From: a virus
IMG/VR virus record: IMGVR_UViG_3300037340_000044
Coordinates: 1-64,000 of that record
Reading direction: 5' to 3' (one strand)
Length of the DNA: 64,000 nt
Part shown: positions 46,926 to 56,073 of the stretch, piece by piece
How positions within the stretch are numbered: position 1 is the stretch's first letter
How the letters are laid out: every line of letters begins with the position of its first letter
Translations under genes and position numbers: made by a program
Notes under the pieces: generated by a model
The model's input: the letters and a program-made list of their open reading frames with translations, nothing else
Databases searched by the model: none
Told to the model about the DNA's origin: nothing

Positions 46926-47147
46926 ATGACGTTTGAAATAAGCGTCGAAAACCCGGAAGTCGTGTTCAAGATGCTCTTTGGCAAGGACATGGACTTGGTG
47001 AACGGTAATCTGAGATTCGGCGCCGTCAAGAATTTTCGCATGGATAACGGCCAACTTCTCGCCGACTGCGAAATCGGCGACATGCAGACTTTTGAGTACT
47101 ACGGCAGCAAAGGCGTAATAGCCGGATTTCCTGCCAAGCCGATTTAG
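46926..47147 (+). CDS. Hypothetical protein
   Basis: AAGGA RBS. Confidence 0.6.
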   Translation: MTFEISVENPEVVFKMLFGKDMDLVNGNLRFGAVKNFRMDNGQLLADCEIGDMQTFEYYGSKGVIAGFPAKPI

Positions 47148-47156
47148 GGATTTCTC

Positions 47157-47810
47157 ATGGGAAGGAAAGCAATCGAAGACCCGATCGCCGACATCGACTT
47201 CACGGTGCCCGCAGGCCCCGGCTTTGCCGATCAGCCGCGACCGGACCTCGGCGCTAACGAGGCGGCGCGGATGATGACCGGCAACGCACCACTGCAAGGC
47301 CCGGTCGCGATGCCCGCAGACGGCCTCGGCGCCGACGGCAAGCCGCTGTCGCAACCCCATCCGTTCGACCCAGGCGCCCGCGTGTTCGCCGGTCAGCAGC
47401 GGTCGATTCGGCAGATCGTGGACGACTTCATCCGCGATGTGGCGAACCACCCCGATGGCAAGCTGCTGACGAGCACGATCGACGCGCAGGCCGACGACGG
47501 CGAGGCGCAGGTGTTCCCAGGCTCGGCACCATCAGCGTTGCGCGTGGACAACATTCGCTTGGTCCGCCGCATGCGTCACGAGATGATTCCGATTACCGAA
47601 GGACAGCAAGCGCGTAAGCGTTGGCAGGATGAAGTGCTTGCCCAGCATCACGCGAGCATGGCAGAGCAGCAGAAAGCGCGGGCCAGCTCGTGGCGCGGTC
47701 GCAGCGAGCAGCCGGCGGGCTTGTCAGCGGAGGCATTGGCGGCTGTCGTGGCGCAGACGGTGGCGACGGTCATGGCGGCGCAGAACGCGCAGAAGGTGCC
47801 GGCGGCATGA
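47157..47810 (+). CDS. Hypothetical protein
   Basis: 217-aa ORF with strong codon bias. Confidence 0.75.
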   Translation: MGRKAIEDPIADIDFTVPAGPGFADQPRPDLGANEAARMMTGNAPLQGPVAMPADGLGADGKPLSQPHPFDPGARVFAGQQRSIRQIVDDFIRDVANHPDGKLLTSTIDAQADDGEAQVFPGSAPSALRVDNIRLVRRMRHEMIPITEGQQARKRWQDEVLAQHHASMAEQQKARASSWRGRSEQPAGLSAEALAAVVAQTVATVMAAQNAQKVPAA

Positions 47811-48376
47811 CCGGGATGACTCCCAATAGCTCGTTAAGTTCATTCTGCACACCAGCGCAATTTGTGCTGGTGTTTGACTATCGGAGCTTCGCGCAGCTTG
47901 GAGCCGACAACGATGTGCCTTTGACCGAATCGGCGTTGCTGATAAGCCCGATACTCGCCGCAAAATTGCAGATTGCGTCGGGCAAGCTGGAAATGGCTGC
48001 CACCAGAGGGGCTAGGTACGATCCGATCAACGACCTGCAAGTGCTCGTGACGCCGGTAAACGGGCAAATCAGCAACGGGGGATGGGCGCTGATCGAAATG
48101 GTGGCGAGCATGACGGCGTTCGAGATGTACGGCAGGCGATACGAAGCGATGCCCGAGTACATGCAGTCCAAGGTTGATGAGACGAACGTGCTGATGGAAG
48201 CGCTGGAGAACGGCGAGAAGATATTCCCGTTCACGGAAGCGCAGCAGGCTGGCTTGCTGACCGACTACGTGGAAAATGCAATCGACGTGGACAACCGGAA
48301 CATGCCAACGCTGATTGCTCAGAACTTCTTCGGGCGGCGTGCCAATCGCATTAACGGACCCGGCGGCTCGTGGTGA
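47807..48376 (+). CDS. Head-tail adaptor (Mu gp36-like)
   Basis: FCT......D.R..AQL, L..ASG.LE.A...G.RY, LY.RR-like, ..LE.GE; position after MCP. Confidence 0.7.
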   Translation: MTGMTPNSSLSSFCTPAQFVLVFDYRSFAQLGADNDVPLTESALLISPILAAKLQIASGKLEMAATRGARYDPINDLQVLVTPVNGQISNGGWALIEMVASMTAFEMYGRRYEAMPEYMQSKVDETNVLMEALENGEKIFPFTEAQQAGLLTDYVENAIDVDNRNMPTLIAQNFFGRRANRINGPGGSW

Positions 48377-48384
48377 GGTGATGT

Positions 48385-49029
48385 ATGGCGCAAGCATATT
48401 CGACGGGGGCCGTATACGCCTTCATCGCGCCAACCTCTGGCGGCCAGCCGGTGTTTCTCGGTACGTGCGAGAGCTACCCGGAAGACAATCGGCAGCCCGA
48501 GTACGAGCCGCTGATGAACGACATATCGGGCAGCAAGGTGCCGCTCGACTTCTCGTTTGAGGGAGAGTCGGCGCAGATTTCTCTCGTGCTGACACGCTGG
48601 AATGAGGGTTTCGCTCGCCGATTGGAAGCCAAGCCAAACGGTAGCAATGTTGCCGTTGGTGGCACGGCTCCGAGCATCGAGGGCTCGTGGAACCCGCAGG
48701 ACGTTGGATCGCTGATGGGGGTGGAAGGATTCTCGTGGCAACTCTGGCTCGTGCGGACCTTCGGGGCTGTTCTCGCGAACAAGGCTGCCTACGTCGGCAA
48801 CGGATTGCAACCCGGCAGGCACTACCCACAGTGCATCATCTGGGCGCCTGAGACGAATGAGGAAGGCGCCAAGCCCATGAAGCGGCACTTCATGTTCTAC
48901 GCATGGCCGCGTCTGATGAGCGGCTTCGTTATCGGTGGCCCCGGTGTGCCAGTCGCAACTTTGCTCGGCAGCCGATTCGTGCTGTACGACCAGAACTACA
49001 CGGGCATCACGGCAGCCCTTATCAACTGA
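48385..49029 (+). CDS. Putative tail tube protein
   Basis: GAGGTG RBS; beta-rich, precedes the frameshifted chaperone pair. Confidence 0.62.
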   Translation: MAQAYSTGAVYAFIAPTSGGQPVFLGTCESYPEDNRQPEYEPLMNDISGSKVPLDFSFEGESAQISLVLTRWNEGFARRLEAKPNGSNVAVGGTAPSIEGSWNPQDVGSLMGVEGFSWQLWLVRTFGAVLANKAAYVGNGLQPGRHYPQCIIWAPETNEEGAKPMKRHFMFYAWPRLMSGFVIGGPGVPVATLLGSRFVLYDQNYTGITAALIN

Positions 49030-49035
49030 GAAACC

Positions 49036-49452
49036 ATGTCGGAAGAAATCCACTACGAGCCGAAGCAGAAAGAAATCTTCCGCTACCACAACGGCAAAGA
49101 GATTGTGGCGGTCGATCCGTTGCTCATGCGCGGCAACATCCGTCTCGTGGCCGTCCAGCACGGCAGCACCATCGACACGCTGCTTGAGGGGGCGAACCGC
49201 GTTGACGACGAGAACGAAGACGAGATGAAGTTTGCCGAAGCGTGGCAGTGCATTCTGACGCTGCAAGCAGTCGCGGCCGATGCGTTCCAGCTCACGCCGG
49301 AAGCGGATCTGGCGCATGCGCTGGGCGTCGTGAACGCTTTCTACGGCTACCTCGAAAAAAAAAATCCGCCCACCGAGCCGACGCCCGCTTCCATGCCGTC
49401 TTCGGCATCCATCGCGGGAATCCCGCAGACTACGAATACATCGTCGGTCTAA
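49036..49452 (+). CDS. Tail assembly chaperone (gpG-like)
   Basis: Position; A10 slippery run at 49355-49364 (LEKKN). Confidence 0.75.
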   Translation: MSEEIHYEPKQKEIFRYHNGKEIVAVDPLLMRGNIRLVAVQHGSTIDTLLEGANRVDDENEDEMKFAEAWQCILTLQAVAADAFQLTPEADLAHALGVVNAFYGYLEKKNPPTEPTPASMPSSASIAGIPQTTNTSSV

Positions 49453-49673
49453 CCCTCAATCTCGACGACGCCTTCTCCCGCAACTGTCTCGCTGCCGCTG
49501 TAGGCGCATCCGTCGCTAACGGCGGCACTGTCTCCGCGTCCCTACTCATGGGCATCTGCGACAGCGCGGAAGAGGCGGCAGAAATGGCGTTCCAGATCAA
49601 GCGGAAGCGGGACGAACGCAAATTTGCGGCGGCTGCTGCCAGAGGACCAGGGGCGGTATTGGGGCTGCGATGA
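49350..49673 (+). CDS. -1 frameshift extension of the tail chaperone (gpGT-like)
   Basis: The -1 frame is open from the A run to 49673 and has no convincing start of its own. Confidence 0.72.
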   Translation, partial: PRKKKSAHRADARFHAVFGIHRGNPADYEYIVGLTLNLDDAFSRNCLAAAVGASVANGGTVSASLLMGICDSAEEAAEMAFQIKRKRDERKFAAAAARGPGAVLGLR

Positions 49674-50869
49674 CCGACGAAGAAAAAGAAACCAAGAAGG
49701 AAGCTCGCAAGCTGGAGAAGCTGAAGCGCGATGTGCTGACTGCACGCGCTATTCTTGGCGTTCACGAGCGGGCATCGGTACTCGACATCAAGGTAGCCTA
49801 CCGCAAGAAATCGCTGGAGACACACCCAGACAGGGGTGGCAGCACAGAGGAATTCAAGCGCGTCAATTGGGCCAACGAGCGGATCAATCTGCTCTTGAAG
49901 ATTGAGATGCGAGAACGCCAGCGTGCGCAAAAGCAGGCGGACAAGCATCAACCCGAACCGCAAGCTGAGCAAGCCAAGGATACGACGGTTGAGCCCGAAG
50001 CGGCGGCTGATACGAAAGTCAAGACGGAAGGCATGGGCATCGGCCCGATTGCTCGCCCGACTGCCGAAGCGCCTGGATTTCTTACACAGGCTCTCGGGCA
50101 GTCAACGCAAGGCGCAATAACGCCAGCAACGCAAGTGACACCCAGTAGCGAGTTGCCAAAGCCGACGCAGTTCGATCTAGAGAGTACGCCGACGCCAACG
50201 ATAGCCGCGCCGACAGGAGGCGCGTCGGCCACGGCGCAGCAGACGCTTGGCTCGGGGCCGAGAGCATCGGAGACGCCAGACGCACAACCATCGGCAGCCC
50301 CGGCCGGCAAGACGGCGGAACCCCAGGACAAGGGGAAGGTAAACCTTGATGCGTTATTCTCGCATTTCGAGAAGAAGGCCGAAGCAAAGATCGCGACAGA
50401 TTCCAGGAGGAAGATGATTTCGGACGTTCTCGGCAAGGCATTCAGTCAAGGCAGTCAGCAGTTCGCGCATTCGGCCATCGGCAGCATCGCCGGCAAGATC
50501 GGCGGACCTGCCGGATCGTTCGTGAGTGGCTTCGGTTCAAGTCTCGTTCACCAGATGTTCCACGGCGCAGGATTCGGCGACGCGGCATCGGGAGAAGGTG
50601 GCGGAAGCAGCGGAGGCGGCAACAGCGAACTGAGGCAGGCTATCGTAGAATTGACAGAAGCTGTGAAGGATTTGAGTGAGAAGCTGGACAAACAGAAGGA
50701 AGGCGATGCGCCGCATACGACAGTTCTCGGGAAGGCCGCGGCAACGAAGGCAGCAGGCGCGCCGACAACGGCAGCTGATAGCACTGGAAAATCCGACAGC
50801 GTGGATTGGATGAAGACGCTTATGGAAGGAATAAAGATCGCCAGGGACGTAGCCGCGGCGATGGGATGA
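49670..50869 (+). CDS. J-domain (DnaJ-like) protein in the tape-measure position
   Basis: ARAILGV....LDIKVAYRKKSLETHPDRGGSTEEFKRVN.A; Gly-zipper GSIAGKIGGPAGSFVSG. Confidence 0.82.
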   Translation: MTDEEKETKKEARKLEKLKRDVLTARAILGVHERASVLDIKVAYRKKSLETHPDRGGSTEEFKRVNWANERINLLLKIEMRERQRAQKQADKHQPEPQAEQAKDTTVEPEAAADTKVKTEGMGIGPIARPTAEAPGFLTQALGQSTQGAITPATQVTPSSELPKPTQFDLESTPTPTIAAPTGGASATAQQTLGSGPRASETPDAQPSAAPAGKTAEPQDKGKVNLDALFSHFEKKAEAKIATDSRRKMISDVLGKAFSQGSQQFAHSAIGSIAGKIGGPAGSFVSGFGSSLVHQMFHGAGFGDAASGEGGGSSGGGNSELRQAIVELTEAVKDLSEKLDKQKEGDAPHTTVLGKAAATKAAGAPTTAADSTGKSDSVDWMKTLMEGIKIARDVAAAMG

Positions 50870-50872
50870 GCA

Positions 50873-52198
50873 ATGGACTCGATTACATATAGAGGCGTGT
50901 TGTTCCCGGTGGTTAATTCCATCAATTGGGAACGCGACGAAATGCTCGATCCATCGGGCACAACGTACCTGTACACTCGCTGGCGTGGGAATGCCATCGT
51001 CACGTACAATCCCGGCGCATTGGCGGCGAGTGTCGCAAATGTCGTTGGCAATGCGCCTGTTATCGGGACTAGAACTGTTCCTCCCATCATGCCAGCGCAG
51101 ACCGATGTGGCAATACGATCATGGATTTGCCGTCCGCGCGGTCAGCTTATTGTCGTCTCTGCTGGAAGGATTGTTGTTTCGTCTCCAAGTCTTAAATCTC
51201 CAAACGGAACGCTTGCGCCATGCGATGCGACAGTCGGGCCGACGCTCAAGATTCAGACCATCGTCAAGATTCCCGGCGAGCGGCGATGGGACATTCATCT
51301 TTCCTTTGAGACGTGCGTTGTCGAGCGGTTCCCCGGTACGCCCGTCGTAATGAGTAACCGTTGGTACGTGTCCAGTGAAACTAACTGGCAACAGGTAACG
51401 ACGCGGACATATCAGGGATTGGTCACAGTTCGTGGTGACGCACTCCGCTACTCGGAGGACGGCGTGACGGCGGCCATTGGCAACATCGACGCACTACGCA
51501 ATTCGTTCGCGGCGTTCAGCGTGCCGTTCGGTTACCAACGAACGGGAGTTGCTGTCCGCGTGATGCCGGACGGCAACAGTGCGGAGTACACGGTTGTCGA
51601 TACGCAACAGCAATGGAACAAGGGGCTGAGTTGCCCAGCGGTTCGCGTGGACGTGCAGGATAGCGGCTGGGTGCTTCGCAGAAGCGCTCTTTGGTCACTT
51701 GGATCAGCGTTCTCGGCTGCCACGCTCCCGAAAGCAAACAAAAAAGTACACGTAAGGGCGTGGGGCGTCCCCGGAGCGGACAGGTTGGCTCTTGTTCGTT
51801 TCGCTATCGGAACGGCAATTTTGCGGATAGGTGGCGAAAATTCCGCATTCACGCCGACGACAGACGAGATTATCGTTGCTGCCGACACGAATAACTATGT
51901 CGATGTTGTGTTGACCCGCTCGTGGGACTACGCATCGGTTGGCTTGCTGATTACTGGAGCGCTGATCGTTGCGTCCGTGACGACAACAGGAAATGTTCCA
52001 GCGGGAACACGCCAGTTCATCAATTCTCTTATGCAGACGCCGACCATAAATACGGTAGGCAACTTTGGCGTCAATCTTTCTCAAGCGGTCGGAAGTAATC
52101 CTAACTTTCAAAGCAACGGCACCCGCGGACCCAATCTTGGAACCTTGGTGACACAGATTCTTGAGAACCCGGATCAAGCCCCCTTGAGTGTCCCATGA
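50873..52198 (+). CDS. Tail/baseplate-region structural protein
   Basis: Beta-rich 441 aa in the tail operon. Confidence 0.65.
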   Translation: MDSITYRGVLFPVVNSINWERDEMLDPSGTTYLYTRWRGNAIVTYNPGALAASVANVVGNAPVIGTRTVPPIMPAQTDVAIRSWICRPRGQLIVVSAGRIVVSSPSLKSPNGTLAPCDATVGPTLKIQTIVKIPGERRWDIHLSFETCVVERFPGTPVVMSNRWYVSSETNWQQVTTRTYQGLVTVRGDALRYSEDGVTAAIGNIDALRNSFAAFSVPFGYQRTGVAVRVMPDGNSAEYTVVDTQQQWNKGLSCPAVRVDVQDSGWVLRRSALWSLGSAFSAATLPKANKKVHVRAWGVPGADRLALVRFAIGTAILRIGGENSAFTPTTDEIIVAADTNNYVDVVLTRSWDYASVGLLITGALIVASVTTTGNVPAGTRQFINSLMQTPTINTVGNFGVNLSQAVGSNPNFQSNGTRGPNLGTLVTQILENPDQAPLSVP

Positions 52199-52722
52199 CG
52201 CAGCAACTTACTAATCCTCAGTGGGACAACTTCAACGCTATTCGCACGCGCATGAGCCGGAACGGACTCGCGATGATGCCGGTCGCCGGGCCATTCCCGC
52301 AACCTGCGCAGGTAGTCGGCTTGAACGGAGGTCTAGAATTCGACCTTATATCTTTCGTTGCCATCAAGAGGGGCGAACCGCCGACAGTACCTTCCCCGAG
52401 AACGCAGAACAACAACCGCGTATTTCTTCGTGGCAGCCAATCGGCCCCGTTTCCTATCCAGGATTTTGCTGGTGTTACGGCTTATGGAGTTGCAGGGTGG
52501 TATGTCTGGGGAATCCTTGCGCCGGAAGGCTTAGAAAGCGACTTTATGATAGGAAGTCTGCCGTTCCCAGGACTGGACAGGGATGAGCGGATTCCTAACG
52601 GATACTTTTCGTATCAACTCGTCAACCAACTGCTGACGCGAATTGTTAATAGTGCGAATGTGCCTAATTTGCCTCCTGCCGTTCAGAGAGTCTTAGGATT
52701 CACAAACAGCGGCGGCGGCTAA
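52195..52722 (+). CDS. Tail-region protein
   Basis: ATGA overlap; A.KRGEPP.VP.P. Confidence 0.65.
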   Translation: MTQQLTNPQWDNFNAIRTRMSRNGLAMMPVAGPFPQPAQVVGLNGGLEFDLISFVAIKRGEPPTVPSPRTQNNNRVFLRGSQSAPFPIQDFAGVTAYGVAGWYVWGILAPEGLESDFMIGSLPFPGLDRDERIPNGYFSYQLVNQLLTRIVNSANVPNLPPAVQRVLGFTNSGGG

Positions 52723-52916
52723 TTGATTGCTGAGAAAACCAAGAATCGCAACGCGAGCAACAAGATAACGAACATGACGACTGCAAGCCATAGGCTACCA
52801 GCGCCAATTGCCAGCCAAAACCACAACGGCTTGGCGGAGACATTCTTGCGTGACTTGCGAATATCCAGCCACGTTAGCGGTTGCGGTGGTTCGCCAGCTT
52901 TGAATGCGTCGTTCAT
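52719..52916 (-). CDS. Small membrane protein (antisense moron)
   Basis: GGAG RBS; long hydrophobic C-terminal segment. Confidence 0.55.
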   Translation of the reverse strand: MNDAFKAGEPPQPLTWLDIRKSRKNVSAKPLWFWLAIGAGSLWLAVVMFVILLLALRFLVFSAIN

Positions 52917-53005
52917 GCGTACTCCCGTGAAAGCGCCCATGCGCGATTGTAATGGACGCCGCCCATGCAAGCAAGTAAACTGAACCCAACCAAGGAGAAG
53001 CGGCT

Positions 53006-54775
53006 ATGTCACTCGTATTCGCCACGGACTTCGCCGATCTCGGCAAAATCTTCGCCGCCTTCGCCAACGCGAACGGGTTCGCCGGATCGCAGGCCGTCGT
53101 AAACGTGTACAAGTTCACGTGTTCGGCCGTCAGCACGGCCCCGACTGCGGGGGCGACGTACACGAACAACGGCATCACATACACCGTTCTCCAGACGGTA
53201 GCCGCTGCCGGCACCGTGCTGATCGCTTCCGGCAACGGCGCGCCCACGGCGAGCGGCACGCTGACGAAGGCCACAGGTACGGGCGATGCCACGGTCACGT
53301 TCTCGGCGTTCGTCGGTTTCGGCACGTGGGGGGCCAGCGGGCCGCTCGTGAAGGCCGAGCAGACGATGTACAACGACATCCTGACCCGCTTGCAGGGTAC
53401 GGGGCTTACCGGGTTGATTCCCAGTGCGCAGACGCTGCCGGCACTCCAGCAACTTACCAGCACGATCGGCACGCTCAAGCAGGCGTGCGTGACGGACGCG
53501 GCGAGCGTTGTCGTGACGCGCGTGAACAACGACGTGCCGCAGAATCAGGCGACGAGCTTGCAGTTGGCACTCATCAACTGGATTCAGCAGATGGACACGC
53601 AATCTAGCAGTGTCCAGCAGGCAACGGTGTCGTCGGCGGTAGTGGCCGGATCGAACAACACGGGCAACGCCACGGTGTATGCCTCACTGTACGATCCCAA
53701 CGGGCTGCTGCTGGAGAACGCTTTCGCCGAGGCCATCGTGGTTCAATGCACGATTGACCAGAGCAGTGGCGCCACGGCAGGCAGCGAAACGCTGTCCATC
53801 ACATGCCCCGGCTCGGTGCCAACCACGGCCTACAACTGGCCGCAGGGCAGCAGCTTTGCCGGCACCACGGTAGTCGTGGACCCGACGCAGGGCAACGGCG
53901 GTGGCAACGGCAACCTGCTGACCGGCAGCACGACGGCAACCAACGTCGGCATCTTCAAGGCGTGGTCTGGCGGATCGCCGGTCGCATGCGTGGCCAACGT
54001 AGATTCGGTGAACGTGCTGGACGGCGGCGCGTCGGCGTACAGCGGGGCCGCACATTGTCTCAAGTTCGCCGGCAACACGGGCGGCACGAACCTTAACACG
54101 TCCGTCCGCGAATGGTTCGCCAACGCGGGCGGACCCGGCGGCGGCTCAACGCAGTCTCTGTTGCCGGCGACGGTCTATAACTTCTACGCGCAGGTCAAGA
54201 CAGACGTTATTCCGGCGGCTGGCGTTGTGCAAATATCGCTCATCAACGGTGCCGGCACGGTCATCAACAACAACGCCGGCACCGCGAACACGATCACCAT
54301 CACGCTGACTGCGGGCGGCATCGACACCACGACCTACGTGTCCGTGACCGGCTCGTTCCAGACACCGAGCAACATGCCGCTGAATGGCGTTGGCATACAG
54401 TTCAGGGTATCGACGCAGATCAGCACCGGCAGCAACTTCTTCCTTGACTTCGTGGCGCTTGTGCAGCCGCAGTCGAATGGTCCGCTGCTGCCGATTGGCG
54501 GCGGCGGCTCGGGCGCGAGCGGATACGGCGGACTGTACGCCGGGGGGCCGTACCTGTCCGTCTTCCGTGGCAGCGTCGATCTCGTCAAATACTCGTCGCC
54601 AAACGTCGGTGGTGGCGACACGTTCACGGACACGATCAGCAACAACTACGGCAGCAGCAGCCCGACGCCGCTGGGGTTCCAGGTCATGTTCGGGCAGCTA
54701 TTCCTGACCCCACAACTCGGCCTTATCCTGCCGTCCAGCGGCTCTCCAACCATCGCGGCAAGTTTGATAGCATAG
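53006..54775 (+). CDS. Virion structural protein with a CBM-like jelly-roll C-terminal part
   Basis: AAGGAG RBS; T/G/A/S-rich; GNLL..., YVSVTGSFQTP, FFLDFVAL. Confidence 0.7.
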   Translation: MSLVFATDFADLGKIFAAFANANGFAGSQAVVNVYKFTCSAVSTAPTAGATYTNNGITYTVLQTVAAAGTVLIASGNGAPTASGTLTKATGTGDATVTFSAFVGFGTWGASGPLVKAEQTMYNDILTRLQGTGLTGLIPSAQTLPALQQLTSTIGTLKQACVTDAASVVVTRVNNDVPQNQATSLQLALINWIQQMDTQSSSVQQATVSSAVVAGSNNTGNATVYASLYDPNGLLLENAFAEAIVVQCTIDQSSGATAGSETLSITCPGSVPTTAYNWPQGSSFAGTTVVVDPTQGNGGGNGNLLTGSTTATNVGIFKAWSGGSPVACVANVDSVNVLDGGASAYSGAAHCLKFAGNTGGTNLNTSVREWFANAGGPGGGSTQSLLPATVYNFYAQVKTDVIPAAGVVQISLINGAGTVINNNAGTANTITITLTAGGIDTTTYVSVTGSFQTPSNMPLNGVGIQFRVSTQISTGSNFFLDFVALVQPQSNGPLLPIGGGGSGASGYGGLYAGGPYLSVFRGSVDLVKYSSPNVGGGDTFTDTISNNYGSSSPTPLGFQVMFGQLFLTPQLGLILPSSGSPTIAASLIA

Positions 54776-54786
54776 AGGAAAAACCC

Positions 54787-54981
54787 ATGCGCCAATTTGC
54801 AATCACCGTCCACATTCGAGCGTTGACCGGCCAAGCCGACACCGCCGACGTTCACCTCGGCAAGCTGCCTGCCGACGACATCGCTGCCGTGGAAGCAGCC
54901 GTGCGCACGCTGGAGCCGCAGATTGCGGCGGCGCTGAATCCAGACGGCAAGGTGGAAGGCGGCGGGGTCGCAGTGGCGTAA
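54787..54981 (+). CDS. Hypothetical protein
   Basis: GAGG RBS. Confidence 0.65.
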   Translation: MRQFAITVHIRALTGQADTADVHLGKLPADDIAAVEAAVRTLEPQIAAALNPDGKVEGGGVAVA

Positions 54982-55043
54982 ATTTAATTCTGCAAATTTG
55001 CAGAATATTGGTTTTTACCTATGCCGTCAAAGGAGGTATCACC

Positions 55044-55289
55044 ATGAACCGTCGTGGATTCTTCGGCCGATTAACTGGCTTCGCGGCTGCAATTGGCATC
55101 GGCAAAGTTGTCGAAACGCCAACAGCCATGCTCTACCGCGACAAATGCGACGGTGGCAGCACCGTCAATCGCTATGTCAGCACGGATTGCGGTCGGACAT
55201 GGGCATTCCAAAAGTTCATCGACATGGGCGGCGTGGTCAGCCCGGAGGAAGCTCGGAAAGCGTTCGGCTTGTCGTCGCCGATGGAGTGA
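55044..55289 (+). CDS. Tat-signal-like chimeric mini-protein (tail-repeat fragment plus portal-like fragment)
   Basis: AAGGAGG RBS; MNRRGFFGRL..FAAA; internal matches to the 57444 and 37670 ORFs. Confidence 0.8.
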   Translation: MNRRGFFGRLTGFAAAIGIGKVVETPTAMLYRDKCDGGSTVNRYVSTDCGRTWAFQKFIDMGGVVSPEEARKAFGLSSPME

Positions 55290-55292
55290 GTC

Positions 55293-55829
55293 ATGCCAGG
55301 ATTGATCGGCGCAAATCTCGGCATCATCGCGCAAGCCGTCGAGCAGCAACTGCTGACGTGCGTGGTGTTGGCGGGAACCGCGCTGACGGGCAACACCGTC
55401 GTCGGCGATGTGAGCAACATCTACTGGATTCGTGACGGCGAGCAGCCCAAGCCTGGAATCACGGGGCAGAGGGACATTCTGTTTGCGTTCCACGGCAGCA
55501 TGCCCGTAAACTTTCAGGGCGACGGCCGCAATACGCTGTCCTTGACCGGCATGGACGTGTGGCTGCGGATGACGCTTGCAGCGGACAGGCCGGCGACACG
55601 CAAGGACTGGACGATCCTGGAAACGAACCTCGTGGATGGCGTCTCCGATGCGCTCAACGGGTTCTTTCCGGTGGATGGCCGCAACAATGCGCTGACGTGC
55701 GAGGGGTTTGTGCCCGTGGACAACAGCGAACCGCGCAAGAACGTGGACACGGCGACGTGGGGCGAGATCGTGGCGTCGTATCAGTTCCACGTTTACCCGC
55801 AACTGACCTCAGGCGTCTTGAGCCGATGA
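55293..55829 (+). CDS. Putative tail completion/terminator protein
   Basis: Size and alpha/beta pattern; tail-operon position. Confidence 0.55.
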   Translation: MPGLIGANLGIIAQAVEQQLLTCVVLAGTALTGNTVVGDVSNIYWIRDGEQPKPGITGQRDILFAFHGSMPVNFQGDGRNTLSLTGMDVWLRMTLAADRPATRKDWTILETNLVDGVSDALNGFFPVDGRNNALTCEGFVPVDNSEPRKNVDTATWGEIVASYQFHVYPQLTSGVLSR

Positions 55830-55839
55830 AGTTTTTTCA

Positions 55840-56073
55840 ATGAGGTATGCAATGGAAGGTCAAATGGCTTTGTGGTTGCGTCGGGAACGAATTGCAACTC
55901 AACTGATGCCGTTCTTTCTGCAACATGAATTCGACTCGGCAGCCGAAGATGAATATGAGGAAAAACTGACTAATGCCGCCCAGGGAGCTATCAATGCAGC
56001 CAGTATATTGCTTTCGCAACTGAAAGCCGTTGAGGACAACCCGAACATCACTCAGGGAGTGCTTTCACGATGA
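55840..56073 (+). CDS. Hypothetical protein (lower GC), ends GVLSR like the upstream gene
   Basis: Overlaps the next start; start codon uncertain. Confidence 0.55.
   Translation: MRYAMEGQMALWLRRERIATQLMPFFLQHEFDSAAEDEYEEKLTNAAQGAINAASILLSQLKAVEDNPNITQGVLSR

Noticed and set aside
45323-47083. 586-aa minus-strand ORF (likewise 38549-40081 and 3878-4717)
   Set aside because: Antisense shadows of strongly codon-biased genes; no motifs or RBS
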